Positions 48,601 through 64,000 of a DNA stretch of 64,000 bases are shown here, piece by piece. Under the pieces are notes generated by a model. The model worked only from the letters and a program-made list of their open reading frames with translations. It was not told where the DNA came from and did not search any database. The first letter of the stretch is position 1. Each line of letters starts with the position of its first letter. Source of the DNA: the human T2T-CHM13v2.0 reference genome, Homo sapiens; the NCBI RefSeq assembly GCF_009914755.1, contig NC_060929.1. One strand, written 5' to 3'. The position numbers and the translations under genes were made by a program.

Positions 48601-49748
48601 TAGGAGTTAACATGTAGGGCAAAAAAAGCAAAAAAAGCAAAAAAAAAAAAAATTTTACAAAAAAACCCTTAGAGCCAAATCCTTAGTATTTCCCAAGTCT
48701 CACACTGTGGATACAATTTCTCTTCATATTTGTGAGTCATCATGCATTTTTCTAGGCATCACAACTCATTCACTTCCTAACTTGTGCAATGATTTAATTT
48801 TTCCCCCATAGCATTTGTAGGCAGGAAACTTCTGGGAGCTGTGCTGCTGAATTACAGAAAATTAGAATCTGGTTTGAGGAAAATCACTTCACATGTGCAT
48901 TACAATGAAGAAAATGTAATGTTTCCTCAGTTTCACAGAAGCCAAAATAAATAATTTTCCTTATTTCTTATATACATAACAAGAAAAACCATATAGTGAT
49001 TTCCTTTTGCTATTAAAATCAGGTATTTGGGGAGTGGAGGAAGAGGTCTAAGCTTGTCCCGTCACTAAATGAAAATGAATTCTGTGGATACATTGGTCAC
49101 TAAAGTTGCAAATGGCTCTTTTCCTTAGAAAATCTTAGAAAGATTGCCAGAGGTTTCTCCCTTCTTGGATATTGTATAATAACAGCACATGTACAGATTC
49201 CTGTTAGCATTGATTCTGCAACAAACATAATCTTATGCTAGGGTTGATTATAACAGGTGAACTCAACTTAAATGCTAGTATTATTTATTCATTGACAACC
49301 CCACCCCCTTGAGTATGCCTTCCCTAGATATGAAAAGGTTAGGCTCAACATCTCACCTACATAATCCCCCTCTTCATGCCCTTTCATTTGAAAGGAAAGG
49401 TTCCCTAAAGTGTTATAAGTTGTTTGGCGAGGGTTGACAAAAGGTCCAGGAGCGGCTGGGCTGGGAGAACACTTACTAACACCGTGGCTACTACCTGTTC
49501 TTCATTTCTTTCTTATCCCTTACACCTTCTTATGTGGGCTGTTCTGGGTGATCAGCCTTCACTATGATTCCTTTTGGAACACAGTATTAGTACATAAAAC
49601 ACAGAACCATAGTATCTGAGAAGGACTGGAAGAAATTATTACCAGAACTTTGTAAATGTTTAGTTGTAATCTTAACACCAGAGATTCATCAGGAATAAAA
49701 GTACTTAAACCCTGAATCTAAGACTTGAATAGAAAGGAAATTTAAACA

Positions 49749-50380
49749 GAGTCAGTTCTTGTTATTTACAGTAGTTATGTTCTATACATTGCTGATTACT
49801 GAATTAGTGAATACTGAACCATTGCTCTTAGAGAAAATGCAGGATTAGGTTCCTGTGGACCACTGGCCACATTTTCATCTACCAATCAATACATAACCTT
49901 GTTTATGCGGGTCTCTGCTTGAAGACACCTTATTTAATATATATTGTTGATTCATTAACATTGAACTCATGACCAACAGCACTGTAACTCGTGCATGAAC
50001 GAAGCTTACCTAACACACGTATTTTCTCTACAAGGTATCACAAGTTTCTTGTGCTTAGGAACACTAGCCAGCACTTCAGCACTGCCCTTAGGGTCTAAAC
50101 AGTGAGATCACCAACAAAATGCAAAAAAATGTGGAAAATGTGGCACTAAGTGGACTACAGAAAGGGCACTTTTTAATGTGTGAGAGTTAAAACAAGAAAG
50201 CAGATCATTGCCTTGTTTGACCTCAGCTGCATGTAGGGTGACTCGAATTTTTCACCACAGGGCTGTGTGTCCGTGAATGACTGTGAAACTGCTTCAAGTA
50301 TTGATTTTGGGGTTACAAATAAACTTTAGTGAGTGGGTGAACTCACAAATATGGAATCCATGAACAATGAGGATTGATTA
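49749..50380. mobile_element. MER82-like TcMar-Tigger non-autonomous DNA transposon
   Basis: AGTCAGTTCTTGTTATTTACAGTAGTTATGTTCTATA...GGAATCCATGAACAATGAGGATTGA, with degenerate terminal inverted repeats. Confidence 0.8.
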
Positions 50381-50530
50381 TAAATTCTACCTCTTATCCA
50401 AGAGCAGATCATGCTTATTTATCTCCTTTACTCCTAATAGCCTCAATTAATCTTTCATGCTAAACAATGAGAAATATTTTTATGCTAGATGGCCATTACA
50501 GTTGCAGTGCAACTGTATATATGTTTTTAA

Positions 50531-51048
<518 letters not shown>

Positions 51049-52321
51049 TGCAACTGTATATTATTTAATGCTTTTTGTTTTTTAAGTAAATGGAAGTCGG
51101 AAACTTTAATTTTCAAAAATTAATGAATGTGACATGGATGGTAGAAAATATAAAACCACAAGTTTACAAAATTTTCTCCATTTACCTGTTTTAGAAAGAA
51201 ATAGGGCAAGTGTTGAGCCTGAGTTATCATTTGAACAGGTAAAAGAGTTATTTTTTATAATGCATTACAATTTATTCTGGTTCAAAGAAGGTATGTTTAG
51301 AATTTGGTAGAAGAATGACAATTATACATATTCTAGAAAAGGAGAGCTGCTGAACTGAACACATAAAAAGCGAGGTCTCTGTCCTCTTAAACACTTTTGT
51401 GCTGAGCTGCATTTTAGGGGCTTTCTAACCCTGCAGGTAGGATTAGAAGTTCAAGCCTATTTTTTAAAAGTTATTGTATTCTCTAAAACTGTGGAGGAAA
51501 ATCTTGACACCATCCATCCAACAATGAGGTGTGATAAATAGAAAAAAAAAAACAGGTGGAAAAATTTACACTTGTTAAAAACAGTTTTCAGAATTATGCT
51601 TGGGTTTTCAAAACTGAAGTCAAAGTATGTGTCATATGCGTTAATAGTGCCTTGTGGAGTAGAATCTGAATAAAGCAGAACTGACTTGCATCTAGGTCTA
51701 GGACTGCATTAAAGTAAGATTCTAGCAGAGGAAGCAGTTACATTTGGGTCTGACCCCAGGAAAGCATATTCATTCATTTCTTGGTTCACTGGTGAGAGCA
51801 CCATGAAAGCATCTGGAGGCCTTCTGCTGGTGGAGCTGCCAGCAGGTACCCTGACCCCATTGCCACTGTTGTTTCCATCCAAACACTTGGCATGTGGAAG
51901 AGGCCTTGGAAGGAAACGAGAGTCAGGTCCTGTAAGGTGTAAGCATACAATGAGGGTATCTCATATCTAAGAGGAATGAATGGTTCCTCTCAGTTAATCT
52001 AAGCAGCGCTGGGCAGTATGCTCATTCCTGGTTTACAGAATCATGGTGCTGAGACTCAAGGTTGCAATCTTCCTGCTCAGTGCATCTTACCTAAAATTAA
52101 CTTCACAACCCCATCACAGCTATCTTAAGAGACTGAAAAGAAGCCTTCTTGAGCACTTTGAGCTATTTAATCACATTGTAACTTTTTTAAAAAATGGCAT
52201 CACAACACTGTTTCTCATGTGGCTTAAGAAGCAATAAAAACATTGAAAGCTCCACTATGGCCATCATAGCATTTACTGATTAAATCTTAACTTTTTAGAG
52301 AATCTATTAGTTATTCTAGGT

Positions 52322-52607
52322 CAGGAGTCAGCAAACCTTTTCTGTAAAGGGCCAGATAGTAAATATTTTAGGCTTGGCAGACCAAACAGTCTGTCACAAC
52401 TACTCAACTCTGCCATGGTAGCATGAAAATAGCTGCAAACATTAAACAAGTATGGCTATATTTTAATAAAACTTAAATTTTGGATATTAAAATTCAAATT
52501 TCATGTAATTCTTTGTTTTAGTTTTGTAAAAAAAAAATAAGAATGCAAAAACCACTCTTCTAGTTTGAAAAAGCAGATATAATCCCTGCCCTACAGGAGT
52601 TGACCAT
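52322..52607. mobile_element. MER58 (hAT-Charlie)
   Basis: CAGGAGTCAGCAAACCTTTTCTGTAAAGGGCCAGATAGTAAATATTTTAGGC. Confidence 0.85.
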
Positions 52608-53089
52608 CTAAAACAATAAATATTGATAAAGACATATAAATAAAATACAGAGAAATAACTATACACCAGACACAATAAGATAACAGTTTAGGATAAGCCA
52701 TTCATATTAGATGTTTGACATCTCTATAAGTTTTACTGATGACTATCTTAGGTCATTTAAAGCCACTAGTTAATTTACATGAAGAAGGGAAATCATCAGA
52801 GCTTTCCAGCAGAAAAATCCAAGTGGTTATTGGCTTTTATTCTAACTCTATGACTATCTTGGGACAGTTCTCTGACATGTGTTTTGAAACTTTCTCAGAA
52901 ATGCCACTTACTAAAACATTCCCCAACTCAAATAGCTAGATAGCCCTGTATCACTACTGTATTAACAGCACTACACTGTTGGCAAGGTTTTCTTTTTCTA
53001 TGATTTACACCAATAAAGGATGCTAAAATTCCTCAGTGTCAAACACTGAAAAAAAGAGAAAGTAATAAAGGATATAAAAATAATATTAA

Positions 53090-53370
<281 letters not shown>

Positions 53371-53380
53371 TAATAATATT

Positions 53381-53682
<302 letters not shown>

Positions 53683-53902
53683 CCCCTCAAAATATTAAAT
53701 ATTCACTATATGACAAGCACTTCTCTAAGCACTTAGCCTGTATTATCTTATTGAATCCTTATAATGATCCTCTCAAGTAAGGACTATTTTTAAAAATTGT
53801 TATTGGTAGAAAACTATGTCACTTGGGCAAGTAAAGGAGCAAAGCAAAATGGCAGAACCAGAATTATTTGAACCCTGGCATCAGATTCATGAACCCTTAC
53901 TC

Positions 53903-54195
53903 TTTTTTTTTTTGGATACGGAGTCTCGCTCTGTCGCTCAGGCTGGAGTGCCAGTGGTGCGATCTTGGCTCACTGCAACCTCTGCTTCCCGGGTTCAAGC
54001 AATTCTCTGCCTCAGCCTCCCAAGTAGCTGGGATTATAGGCGGCCGCCATCACGCCCAGCTAATTTTTTTGTATTTTTAATAGAGACAGGGTTTCACCAT
54101 CTTGGCCAGGCTGTCTTGAACTCCTGACCTCATGATCCACCCACCCTGGCCTCCCAAAGTGCTGGGATTACAAGCGTGAGCCACCGCGCCCAGCC
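53903..54195 (-). mobile_element. AluS (Sg/Sc-like)
   Basis: Degenerate TSD ATGAACCC(T/C)TA(C/A)TCT. Confidence 0.94.
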
Positions 54196-54403
54196 ATGAA
54201 CCCCTAATCTTAGCCACTCATAATCCCACCTCTCAACACTAAGGGATCTCACTAATGTAACAGCTCTGTCACTCACTAGGCATTCCTTTCCCAAGATACT
54301 GTCAGGGGTGCATATAACATCATGTCTGTACAGTATTCACACTTCTCTGAACCACTGCACTCCTTCCTCTAATCTCTGCATGTGTCTCAATGCTGGCTTT
54401 CAT

Positions 54404-54690
54404 CTGGGCACGGTGGCTCACGCCTGTAATTCCAGTACTTTGGGAGGGTGAAGTGGGTGGATGGCTTGAGCTCAGGAGTTCAAGATCAGCCTGAGCAACA
54501 TGGCAAAAAACCATCTCTACCAAAAAATACAAAAATTATCCAGGCATGGTTGTACATGCCCAGGGGGCTGAGGCAGGGGAACTGCTTGAGCCCAGGAAGT
54601 TGAGGCTGCAGTAAGCCCTGATATGCCATTGCATTCCAGCCTGGGCAAAAGAGCGACACCCTGTCTCAAATAATAGTAATAATAATAATA
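54404..54690 (+). mobile_element. AluJ with small internal deletion and (TAA)n tail
   Basis: Alu dimer lacking the TGTAGTCCCAGCTACT segment. Confidence 0.9.
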
Positions 54691-55205
54691 ATCATGATCA
54701 TCATCATCACCCGCTTTCACACCCTGAAGAGGTATGTTGACATGGGAAGCCACCTTGAAGAGTAAAGGAATGTGGGACTAGAACTCAGAAGACCTTGGTT
54801 CTAGGTCAGGTATAAATTGTATGACTCTGTAAATCACTTCACCTCTAGGACATCCAGTTTCTTAATCTACAAAATAACACCTGTCCTTGTAATCTTTCTG
54901 CTGACATGATCAAATGCACAATGTATGAGGAGGTATTTTATATCTTGTGAGGAATAAGTAATTGTTGGTATTATTTTTATTACATATAGCCCTTATCCTT
55001 GCCTCTCCCATTCCTTCCTTAGTCATTCTTAAAAAGCAATACATTTACAATCTTAGTATTTTGCAGAATACCAGTCACTTTTTTTGCCTGCCCCTTCCTC
55101 CCTCATCCATCCCTTCTTTTTATTTGCTGAGGAGATACACAATGGTCAATAAGACAAAGATGATCCCCTCTAACCCCTGTCATCAGAGATGACAAGAGAG
55201 GCATA

Positions 55206-55397
55206 CAGTGGTGTGCCACAGCCAGCTCGTACTGTCTCACTGATCTCTTCTCAGCTTCACATTCAATGAAGCCATATTGATGGCTTGAAATTGGCAATAG
55301 TGGGAGTATTTACACCGTGGGATTGGCAAATGCTACAAATCACCCTCCTCCTTTCCCCCAGAGAGCTGGCTGTTGAACATTTACCAGAACTCCTCTG
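55206..55397. mobile_element. MER63-like hAT DNA transposon within an L2 relic
   Basis: CAGTGGTGTGC...GTGGGAGTATTTACACC...TTGGCAAATGCTACAAATC...CATTTACCAG. Confidence 0.7.
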
Positions 55398-55764
55398 GAT
55401 AGAGAAGCAAAATACAATTTGTCACAGGTGCTAGGAATGATAGCACAGAGGAACCTGGGCGCATATAGGGAGGCACTTGCCACAGTTATGGAGGGTGGGC
55501 AGAGGCATTCAGAGGTGTCCTGGAGGAAATGAGGTTAAGCTGAGACTAAATAATGGCAGGAGCCAGCCAGGCAAATGGGAGAGAGAAGAGAGTTCCAAGT
55601 AGAGGGAAAAACATTTGCAAACTCCCCAGTGTTACAGCAACTGAAGGCAATTCCTTAATTCTGTGGGCCAGGTGGGAGGGAGAAGAGGAGAATGAAGCTA
55701 GAGAGGTAAGAGATTCAACTTGACCCTGAGCACAATGGGTGCTACCAGGGGGCTTTGTGCAGGC

Positions 55765-55975
55765 ATGGTAAAGGTTGTAAGTATGGGGTCTGAGTTCAGA
55801 GTCAGAGAGATGGTGTTTGAATTCTGGCTCTTTCAGCTGGGTGACAGCAGGTGCACTTCTTACCTCAGCTGAACCTCATCTGTAAAATGGGAACAATTAT
55901 GGTATTCACATCTCCTGGGATGGTTGTGAAGCTATAACTGAAGTGCTTAGCACAATGTTTGGCTCATCAGAGTTG
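55765..55975 (+). mobile_element. MIR
   Basis: CTCATCTGTAAAATGGGAACAAT...AAGTGCTTAGCACAATG. Confidence 0.75.
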
Positions 55976-56092
55976 CTTCAGAGATGTCCAAGCACAGACC
56001 AGCTAACCACAGAGCAGATGTACACATTCTGTAGTGGAGGGGTGGTGTTTGCAGCCCTTTCCTGCCTTAAACATTAGTCTTCTGGTAGTCTA

Positions 56093-56485
<393 letters not shown>

Positions 56486-56845
56486 TTAAATTAAAAAAAA
56501 ATGCCAGAGTCCATCACATGTTGCAAAGTTAAGTTTTGTGTTTGTATGAACACAACGGGGTTTTATGAAGTCACCATGTAAAACTTATTCCCGCATTTAA
56601 GAAGCATGAAAGCCCTTGCTTTAACATGACATTGTGGGCAAGTCCTGGGGGCTGGGAGAAGGGGTCCTACCCCACCAGGAACTGGGAATGTCTCAGGCAG
56701 TTAGTCCTTTGGGTTTCCAGTAAAAATGGATGCTCCTTGGGCCAGGTAGGACTATAGGCTTATCTGCCCTCCCAAAACCAGGAAAGAGAACAACCCACAG
56801 AAGTGGTCCCAGAGGTCAGAGAGGGAGAGGGACTCGTGTAAGTAG

Positions 56846-56847
<2 letters not shown>

Positions 56848-56894
<47 letters not shown>

Positions 56895-56905
56895 TGTGTG
56901 TGTGT
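56848..56905. repeat. (TG)n microsatellite, (CA)n in the pre-mRNA
   Basis: Direct reading; one TC interruption. Confidence 0.97.
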
Positions 56906-57510
56906 GGTGGAGGGGAGGGGGCACTGAGGACCTCTAACACCGCTGTTTTTATTAACTCAGTAATTGGAACCATCTAAGACAAGTTGCTGCCCAACCAATT
57001 GGCACATGAAGGAACTGAGTATGTGAAACTGACTTTTAGTTTGGTGTATCCCAGAAAGATAATTCTGTATGTGAATAGATTTTAGAATAATTTCTTTTCA
57101 ACATATGTCAAAACATATCCAATTTGCCCTTTGGAGTTGCAAACACCATTTGGCATTTCTTTTTCCTTTTCAATTTAAAAAATGGAAAGTAATGACAGAG
57201 TCCTGGTCAGTGTTTGGCAGAAAAAACAAGCACCCCATGTTGATTTAGTTTCCTAGAGTTTCCAAAGGGCTCATTCCCCCGCATATGCAACTGGCACTAG
57301 ATTAGCTGCCGACATTTATTGACAAAGGAATTAATCTTCACCAATGATGTTTTTTAAAGCCCATTCTTTACAGCAAGCTGTGACAGACATCAGGGCTCCT
57401 TCACTTTCCCCCTTTCCTCCTGATAAAAGTGGCTAAAAATAACCTCTTAAACCCTTGATTCCACTGAGGAAGGTGCAAGAGCAAAAGAACAAAAGAACAT
57501 CTTGAAGGGA

Positions 57511-57817
57511 GGAGAATGAACAAGAGGAGCACAGAGGGTTTTTAGGGCAGTGAAAATGCTCTGGATGATACTATGTAGTGGATATGTGTCATTATACATT
57601 TGTCCAAAACCTTAGATTATAGAACACCAAGAGTGAACCCTTATGTGAACTTAGAGGTTCATGAATTGCAACAGATGTACCCTCTGGTGGGGGATGGTGA
57701 TAATGGCAAAGGCCGTACGTGTGCACAGGGGCATGGGGAAGAGGGGAAGTCTGTTTACCTTCCTCTCAATTTTGCTGTGAACCTAAAACTGCTCTAAAAA
57801 ACAAGTCTTTAAAAAAA
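57511..57817 (+). mobile_element. L1MC1/2-like 3' end
   Basis: GAGCACAGAGGGTTTTTAGGGCAGTGAAAA...CAATTTTGCTGTGAACCTAAAACTGCTCTAAAAAA. Confidence 0.85.
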
Positions 57818-58307
57818 TGAACTCAAACAAATTGAATACATATTCATAGAAAAATATCTCCTCCCCTTCCTACCTCACCCTGGCCAATCTTTTTCTTGGT
57901 GCAGGATGTCATATGATCAGTCCAGGCAGTCACTGAAACTGCAACTATTATGAGACTGCCTCCCACGTGGGTTTGGGAGGGGTGGGGGGGCAGCAGTGTG
58001 AGAACTGTTGTCCTAACCATGACAACTGTACTTGGTCAAAGAGGACATTCTCATTAATGATCTGCAGGTACTCAACTCCTGTGCCTTTTCCTACCATGCC
58101 TCTCAACTTATCAAAATCATCTTTTGTTGGAAGGAAAAGGCAATATACACTTCCTACATTAATCAAGCAGGAGCCAGGAAATGCCTACTTCCATTTCCCA
58201 GACATTACTGGGAGCCTCTACCATGACAACCCTGGGTGGGCCAGTGCCAGCCTCTGTTGAGTATCTTCAATGTGCCTGCCCAGTTTTCTTAATCAGTCTG
58301 CTAAGAA

Positions 58308-58509
58308 TGTCATCCATCAGTACCCACGGAGATTGGTTCCAGAAACCCCGAGTGTACCAAAATCTGCATACTCAAGTCCTGCAGTTGGTCCTCCTTGTAT
58401 AGGTTTTGCATCCTGCCAATACTTTATCTTCAATTCGCAGTTGGTTGAAAAACTCTGCAAATACGTAGCCCTCCCAGTTCAAACTCGTGTTATTCAAGGG
58501 TCAACTGTA
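58308..58509. mobile_element. MER8-like (Tigger-derived) DNA transposon
   Basis: GATTGGTTCCAGAAACCCC...CAGTTCAAACTCGTGTTATTCAAGGGTCAACTGTA. Confidence 0.75.
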
Positions 58510-60069
58510 ATTTCTACTGAACATCTACTGTGTGCCCCACACTAGGATTTGTTCAGAAACACACAAAGGTACAGGGAAAACTTTAGTGCTGATAACTTCC
58601 ATACTCCACGGAGAAGCAATATGCTGAATAAAAGAATGAACGGGAGAACCAAAAGCTGAAAGCAGCGTGAAGTCAGAGCACTGGGGTCTGTGACATGGAG
58701 TTCTGTATAGTGATCCTTGGGCTATGTCTTAGGGGCGTATTTCTTAAGTGCTTGGGGATTTCATCACATCTGCGTCACCTGTGACACAGATCAGAGACAG
58801 GGAACTTGGTGACAGTTACAGAAAGATTCTGGTGTACAAAGAGGATACAAGAACAACAGGGAACTAATAACTGTGGATGAAACCCCCATATGATGGTGCT
58901 ACCGTGATGCTGGAAAGGATGACTTCAATATCCACATCTGGCAGGTGCGAGCTGAGGAAGGTGAAAGCAGGCTCCTTGGATAGGTAGCATTTGTCCCCTG
59001 TGTCTTTGTGAGTGTGCCTTTGTCGGCCTACAGTGGTGGAGGTGGGAGGGTGAACAATTTGGGCATGTGGAGAGGAGGGAGGATATTTACCATCAAGAAA
59101 AAAAACTTCCTTAGTAATCAACAAAGCTTATGATATATGCATAAACATTCTTTTGAGTAGAATTTTAACTTCATTAAAAGGAAATCCCAATGGAGGAAAT
59201 ACCTTAAAAGACATTGTTTAGGAGGCAAACACAGTTATAAATGCATTCAAGTCTAAATGCCAACTCCTACATGAACATATGCTAAAGAAAACAAGGTACT
59301 AGCAGGCTAATAAATGATATGAAATCTCAAATTAATCCTCCTTAATGGATTTAATTATCCTGTTAAACTGATATCCCATTAAAGATCATAACACACAGAT
59401 CATTTAAACCAAGAAAAATATGAGGACACCAAATGGCTGGTATATCTACAAATAACATTTCTAGCGGTTCTGATGAAACAGAAAATGTGGAATATCTTCT
59501 AGGGCAAAGTGACAGATCACATTCCATACAGCAAGAGGCCTCAAAATGTCGAGCTATTAATACATCCTGAAAAACCTAAACCTTTTATCTTTGCATTCCT
59601 GGACCAGGGAGCTAGAACCCTCGCTGTAAAAGGAAAATACTCCATCTCTCTCCCTTCCAGCAACCCTTCATCTGAGACCCAGCCCTTGACAAAGTGGAAT
59701 ACATCCTAGGAGGCCCTGGAGAGACAGACATGTGGCCAGTGAACTGGTTTCCCCTTACTTCCTTCCTGGTTGTCAAAGGAATTGCAGAATTCCCAGCATA
59801 ATTCAAAAGCAGATGTTGCTAGGGAGTTGGGATCAGAGAGGCAAATGTTCTCACAAAGGTAGGCTGGGATTAGGCGATCTGAGAAGGAAGGAATTGAACC
59901 CTGCAGGAATTCCTGGGAACTCAGGGAAAAACATCAATGACCAAAAAATAAGGAGTGGCAGAAGTAAAAGAGATAGCTTCTGTGATCCTATCAGCTTATC
60001 TTCCAAAGGGGTCCTAGCTGTTAGACAAAATCTGTATAACCATATAATGGTATACTACATCATGTGTCC

Positions 60070-61670
60070 CACTTTCTGTCTACTACTTACCTTTCCAGCT
60101 CACTCCCTCCAGTACCCCAACTCCAATAATCTTTTGACTCCCCCAGGACCTCCAATATTGATCCTACCCATTTTTTGCTTTTCCTCAGCCCCTTGATGTC
60201 CTCCTGACCCAGTTTAAACAAGTGGCCCATCATTATAATCAACCTCTTGTGTGCACCCACAGCTTCTTGTCTAGTTTCCTGGCAAAACCAGGATCCAACT
60301 CTGTCAACTCGATGCCTGCACTCCTGCTACTGATCATGGCTGAAGAAACACATATGACTCTACTGAATGGTCTTACCTTAAATTCATGACCACAGACTCA
60401 GTGAGCCCTTAATGCTGCCCAGCAATCATTCTTCACTTCATTCATATTTCACTCTTCTCGACAACAATTTCATGTTGACATTTCTCCCCTCAAATCTCCA
60501 ATACTTTCTTCCCTATCCTCACACTCTCAGATGATAAGCTTGCTTTCACTTCATGGAGAAAAGTGGAAGAATCCACAGAGAACTTCCACAGACTCTCGCC
60601 ACCCCACCTCCTCATCTACTGGTGTCTGTCTCTATTGACTCTGCCTCTCCAGCTGCTATCACAAAGGAACCACTGGGTTCTTCTTTTCCCATTTGTGCAC
60701 TAGATCCCTTCCCTCTACACACTTATCCACTCTAAGGATTAACTCTGGTAACTCTGCCTCTCTTCAACATCATCAATTTCTCCTTATTAGACCATTCTCA
60801 ACAGCAAACAAATATCTGGTTATTTCTTCCACCTCAAAAAAGCCCCTCTTTTACTCCAGATTTTCTATAACTATCACCTCATTTTTCTTCTCCCCTTACA
60901 GCAAATCTCCCTGAAATAGAAGGCTTTTCCATTTTTGTCTCCTATTACCTTTTTCAGCTTTATTGAGGTATAACTAAAATATCCTAAATTGCACAAATAT
61001 AAAGTGTAAAATTTGATCAGTTTTGACATATGTAAACACCATCAGACCACACCACAATCAAGACAATGAACTTATCCATCTCCCTCCAGTTTCCTTCTAT
61101 ACCTTTCCCTTCTTTCTTACTCCCATTCCAATGAGGCTTCTGCCACCACCACTTCAACAAAACTGTTTTTGTTAAGTTCGCTAGTTATTCCATGTTGCTA
61201 AATCCAACAGTCCTCATCTTACTTGACCTCGCCACAGCATATGATCTCATTGTTTTCTCTTTCTATTGCGATACACTTTCTTCACTTGGCTTCCAGAACA
61301 TCACACTTGATTAATTTTCCTTCTACCTCACTGATGCTCTTTACTAGTTCCTCCCATTCTCACTATCATCTTATGCTACAGGGCCCCAGGGTTCAGTCCA
61401 TAGTCTTCTTTTCCTCTCAATCTAGACTCACTCCCTTCATGATCCATAATTAGTGACATGGCTAGTCCCAAATTTATATCTCCATCCCAGACTTCTCTGC
61501 TCAATACTTGTATGTCCAACTGTCTATTTAACATCTCCATGTAGCCGAGTGGAGACTTCTCAAATTTAACATGTTAAAAGCTGAACTCCTGAATCCACCA
61601 CCCCCAACAAAACTGTTCTATCTGCAGTCATCTTCATCTCAGTCAGCGGCATCTCCATCCTTCCAATGAA
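60070..61670 (+). mobile_element. L2 relic interrupted by an old L1M fragment (about 60950-61110, minus)
   Basis: C/T-rich L2 motifs (CATGTTGCTAAATCCAA, TCCCAAATTTATATCTCCA, CTCAAATTTAACATGT). The L1M part reads CAGCTTTATTGAGGTATAA. Confidence 0.75.
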
Positions 61671-61942
61671 CTTGAGCATGAGCAATGAACTTGAGTGTAC
61701 AGTCTCATCTTTGTTATTATACCTCTGTACCCACGCTCAAATCATTTTGAGCCCATTTATTTCTCTGCTGGCTAAGTTCATGGGACCCATCTTTTCCCTG
61801 TTGCTTTTGGGTGATGTTTCATGCATCCAGCCAAGAGTAGATTAGATGTACACAACAGCTCTGTCTGTAAGGCACTGACCTTTAATGTTTCCATTTGAGT
61901 TCTTTGGACATTTTTCTCCATTGTTCAGTGTTTCCTCTGTAG

Positions 61943-62242
<300 letters not shown>

Positions 62243-62419
62243 CTCAGTAGGGTTTTGAGTTTTGGTACAACTGTAATCTAGGCCCACTACCCTGTAAGAA
62301 GGATACACAAGTTACAAAACAACCAGCTTCGACAGCAAACTTGCATTTTTTCTAGCTAGACTCTTTTTATTAGGGGGAGGGGAGGGAGAATGAGCAAGAG
62401 ACAGAGGAAACCTTACATT

Positions 62420-64000
62420 TTAAAAATCTCTCTTTCAAAATTTATAAAGGTAGTATATTCTCATAATAATGCAAATTCACTCATTAAAGGGTGGTATAAA
62501 TGGAGGCTTAACATTTCCATTTTATACACTATACCTAGTCCTGGTAACCTCTTGTAACAATTCTTGATTTTAGTTCTTCTGGTGGTGCTTTTATCTCCTC
62601 TTGATTTATCAATTTTAAGTAGTATCTATTAACTTCCTGTCCTTTACGAAATTTAAAATTAATAGAAACTTAGCTTTTTACCATTGTTCCCTCCTTTCCC
62701 CACGTTTTGTTATTTTTATTTTTATTTTTTTACTTTTAAGGCCTTTGCTATCTTTATAACTTTAAATAATATGCCTAAACGTTTATTTCTTAATCCATCA
62801 ACTTGGGACAGTATCTTAACCACCCCCAATTACTTCAGTTGGGGAAACTGGCCCTATTTCACTTCCCTCCATTGTTCCTCCTTCTTCTATTACCCAAATC
62901 CTCTTAGCCATATAATTAATTTTGCATTCTTAAGGTTTATAACGCGAATTGCCTATAATCTTAATTGTCTTCCACAGATTCTCTAGAAATAAATTCCAGA
63001 AAATGAAAACAAAGAACATTTCAATATTATGATTCTATAGATATTATTTGCTTCAGAACCAAGTAGTGTAATTGTACCCTGAGAGAAGGAGATGCAAAGT
63101 CTCTTAATGGTGTTGCTTGAGGGAAAATGTTCCAAACCTCAAGGTCAAGTCTGTTTTTATTTTAGTATATTCCACAAGCTGCTCAAAATCAAAACATTTT
63201 CATTTGTTTTATAGTTGCACTACAGATTTCTTATGAAGGTTTTTGTTTTTTCCAGGCAGTTCTAATTGCCTTTTTTTCTTGTTGACAAAAACAGCATATT
63301 ATTTCACTTTAATTTCATTGAACTGTTTAATCAAATCATGGCAGAAAATCCATGTTCTTCTTGAAGACATGCTTCCTATTGCTTTCAAACTTCATGTTGT
63401 AATTCACACATACTGTTTTCTAAACCTGCCACTACCCTAGGATTTTTAAAAATTGTATTCTGTGAGATTAGGATGAATATTTGCTTGAATAACATTCTTT
63501 CTCTCTTTTGGGTTCCCTGTTTTCTTTGTTAGAGAACATTCTCCAAAAAAAAAATCACAATCTTTGATTCCAAAGGATTTCCAAAAATCTTTATTCTGCT
63601 TTTATATTGATGAATGGCTCAATGGTACGTAAGTTCTAGGTTCAAAAAATTTCCCTCAGAAATTTGAAGTAATTCTTTTAATGTCATATTGCTATACAAT
63701 ATGGAAGTAAAATGCCACTCTGATTCTTACTTCTTTGTAAGTAACTTTTTCTCCCTCTGAATACTATTAGCATCACATCTTTATCTTTTGTGTTCAAAAT
63801 TTCATAAGGAGTTGCCTTTTAATCTGAAGGCTCTTGCCTTTCCTCCACTCTGGGAAATGTTCTATTATCTCTTTAATTGCTTGTTCCTCCCCCTTTGTCT
63901 GCTCTTTCTGACGCTCTCATTAATCAGATGTTGGACTTCTAGGATTGGATGTCTATGCCCATTAAATCTTCTCTTGTATATTCTACCTTTTTATCTTTTC
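62420..64000 (-). mobile_element. Highly degraded ancient L1 (L1ME-like)
   Basis: T-rich, with motifs such as AAGTTCTAGGTTCAAAAAATTTCCCTCAGAAATTTGAAG and CAGATGTTGGACTTCTAGGATTG. Confidence 0.6.

Overview
Primate (great-ape-like) genomic DNA from inside the MARCHF3 (MARCH3) E3 ubiquitin ligase gene, minus strand. Two exons are present: the first coding exon (28310-28067, ATG at 28254) and the RING-CH exon (25203-24999). The rest is intronic; the upstream 5'UTR exon and the transmembrane exons lie outside the window. The intron downstream of the RING exon holds two independent, nearly full-length, inactivated L1PA2/PA3-grade LINE-1s in the gene's sense orientation, plus a MER11 solo LTR. Also present are 14 Alus, MaLR/ERVL LTRs, DNA-transposon relics, old L1/L2/MIR fragments and microsatellites. 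No new gene system is demonstrable. The best lead is a cluster of UG-repeat-adjacent RNA-processing signals around the RING exon: a candidate TDP-43-type cryptic exon and an intronic stop/poly(A) that would give a RING-only protein. Other leads are three uAUGs in three frames, an L1 lacking its YY1 site but keeping the ORF0 ATG, a micro 3' transduction, and substitutions shared by both L1s that suggest a lineage-specific subfamily. Repeat subfamily names and exon numbers come from recalled consensus/annotation, not from a search.
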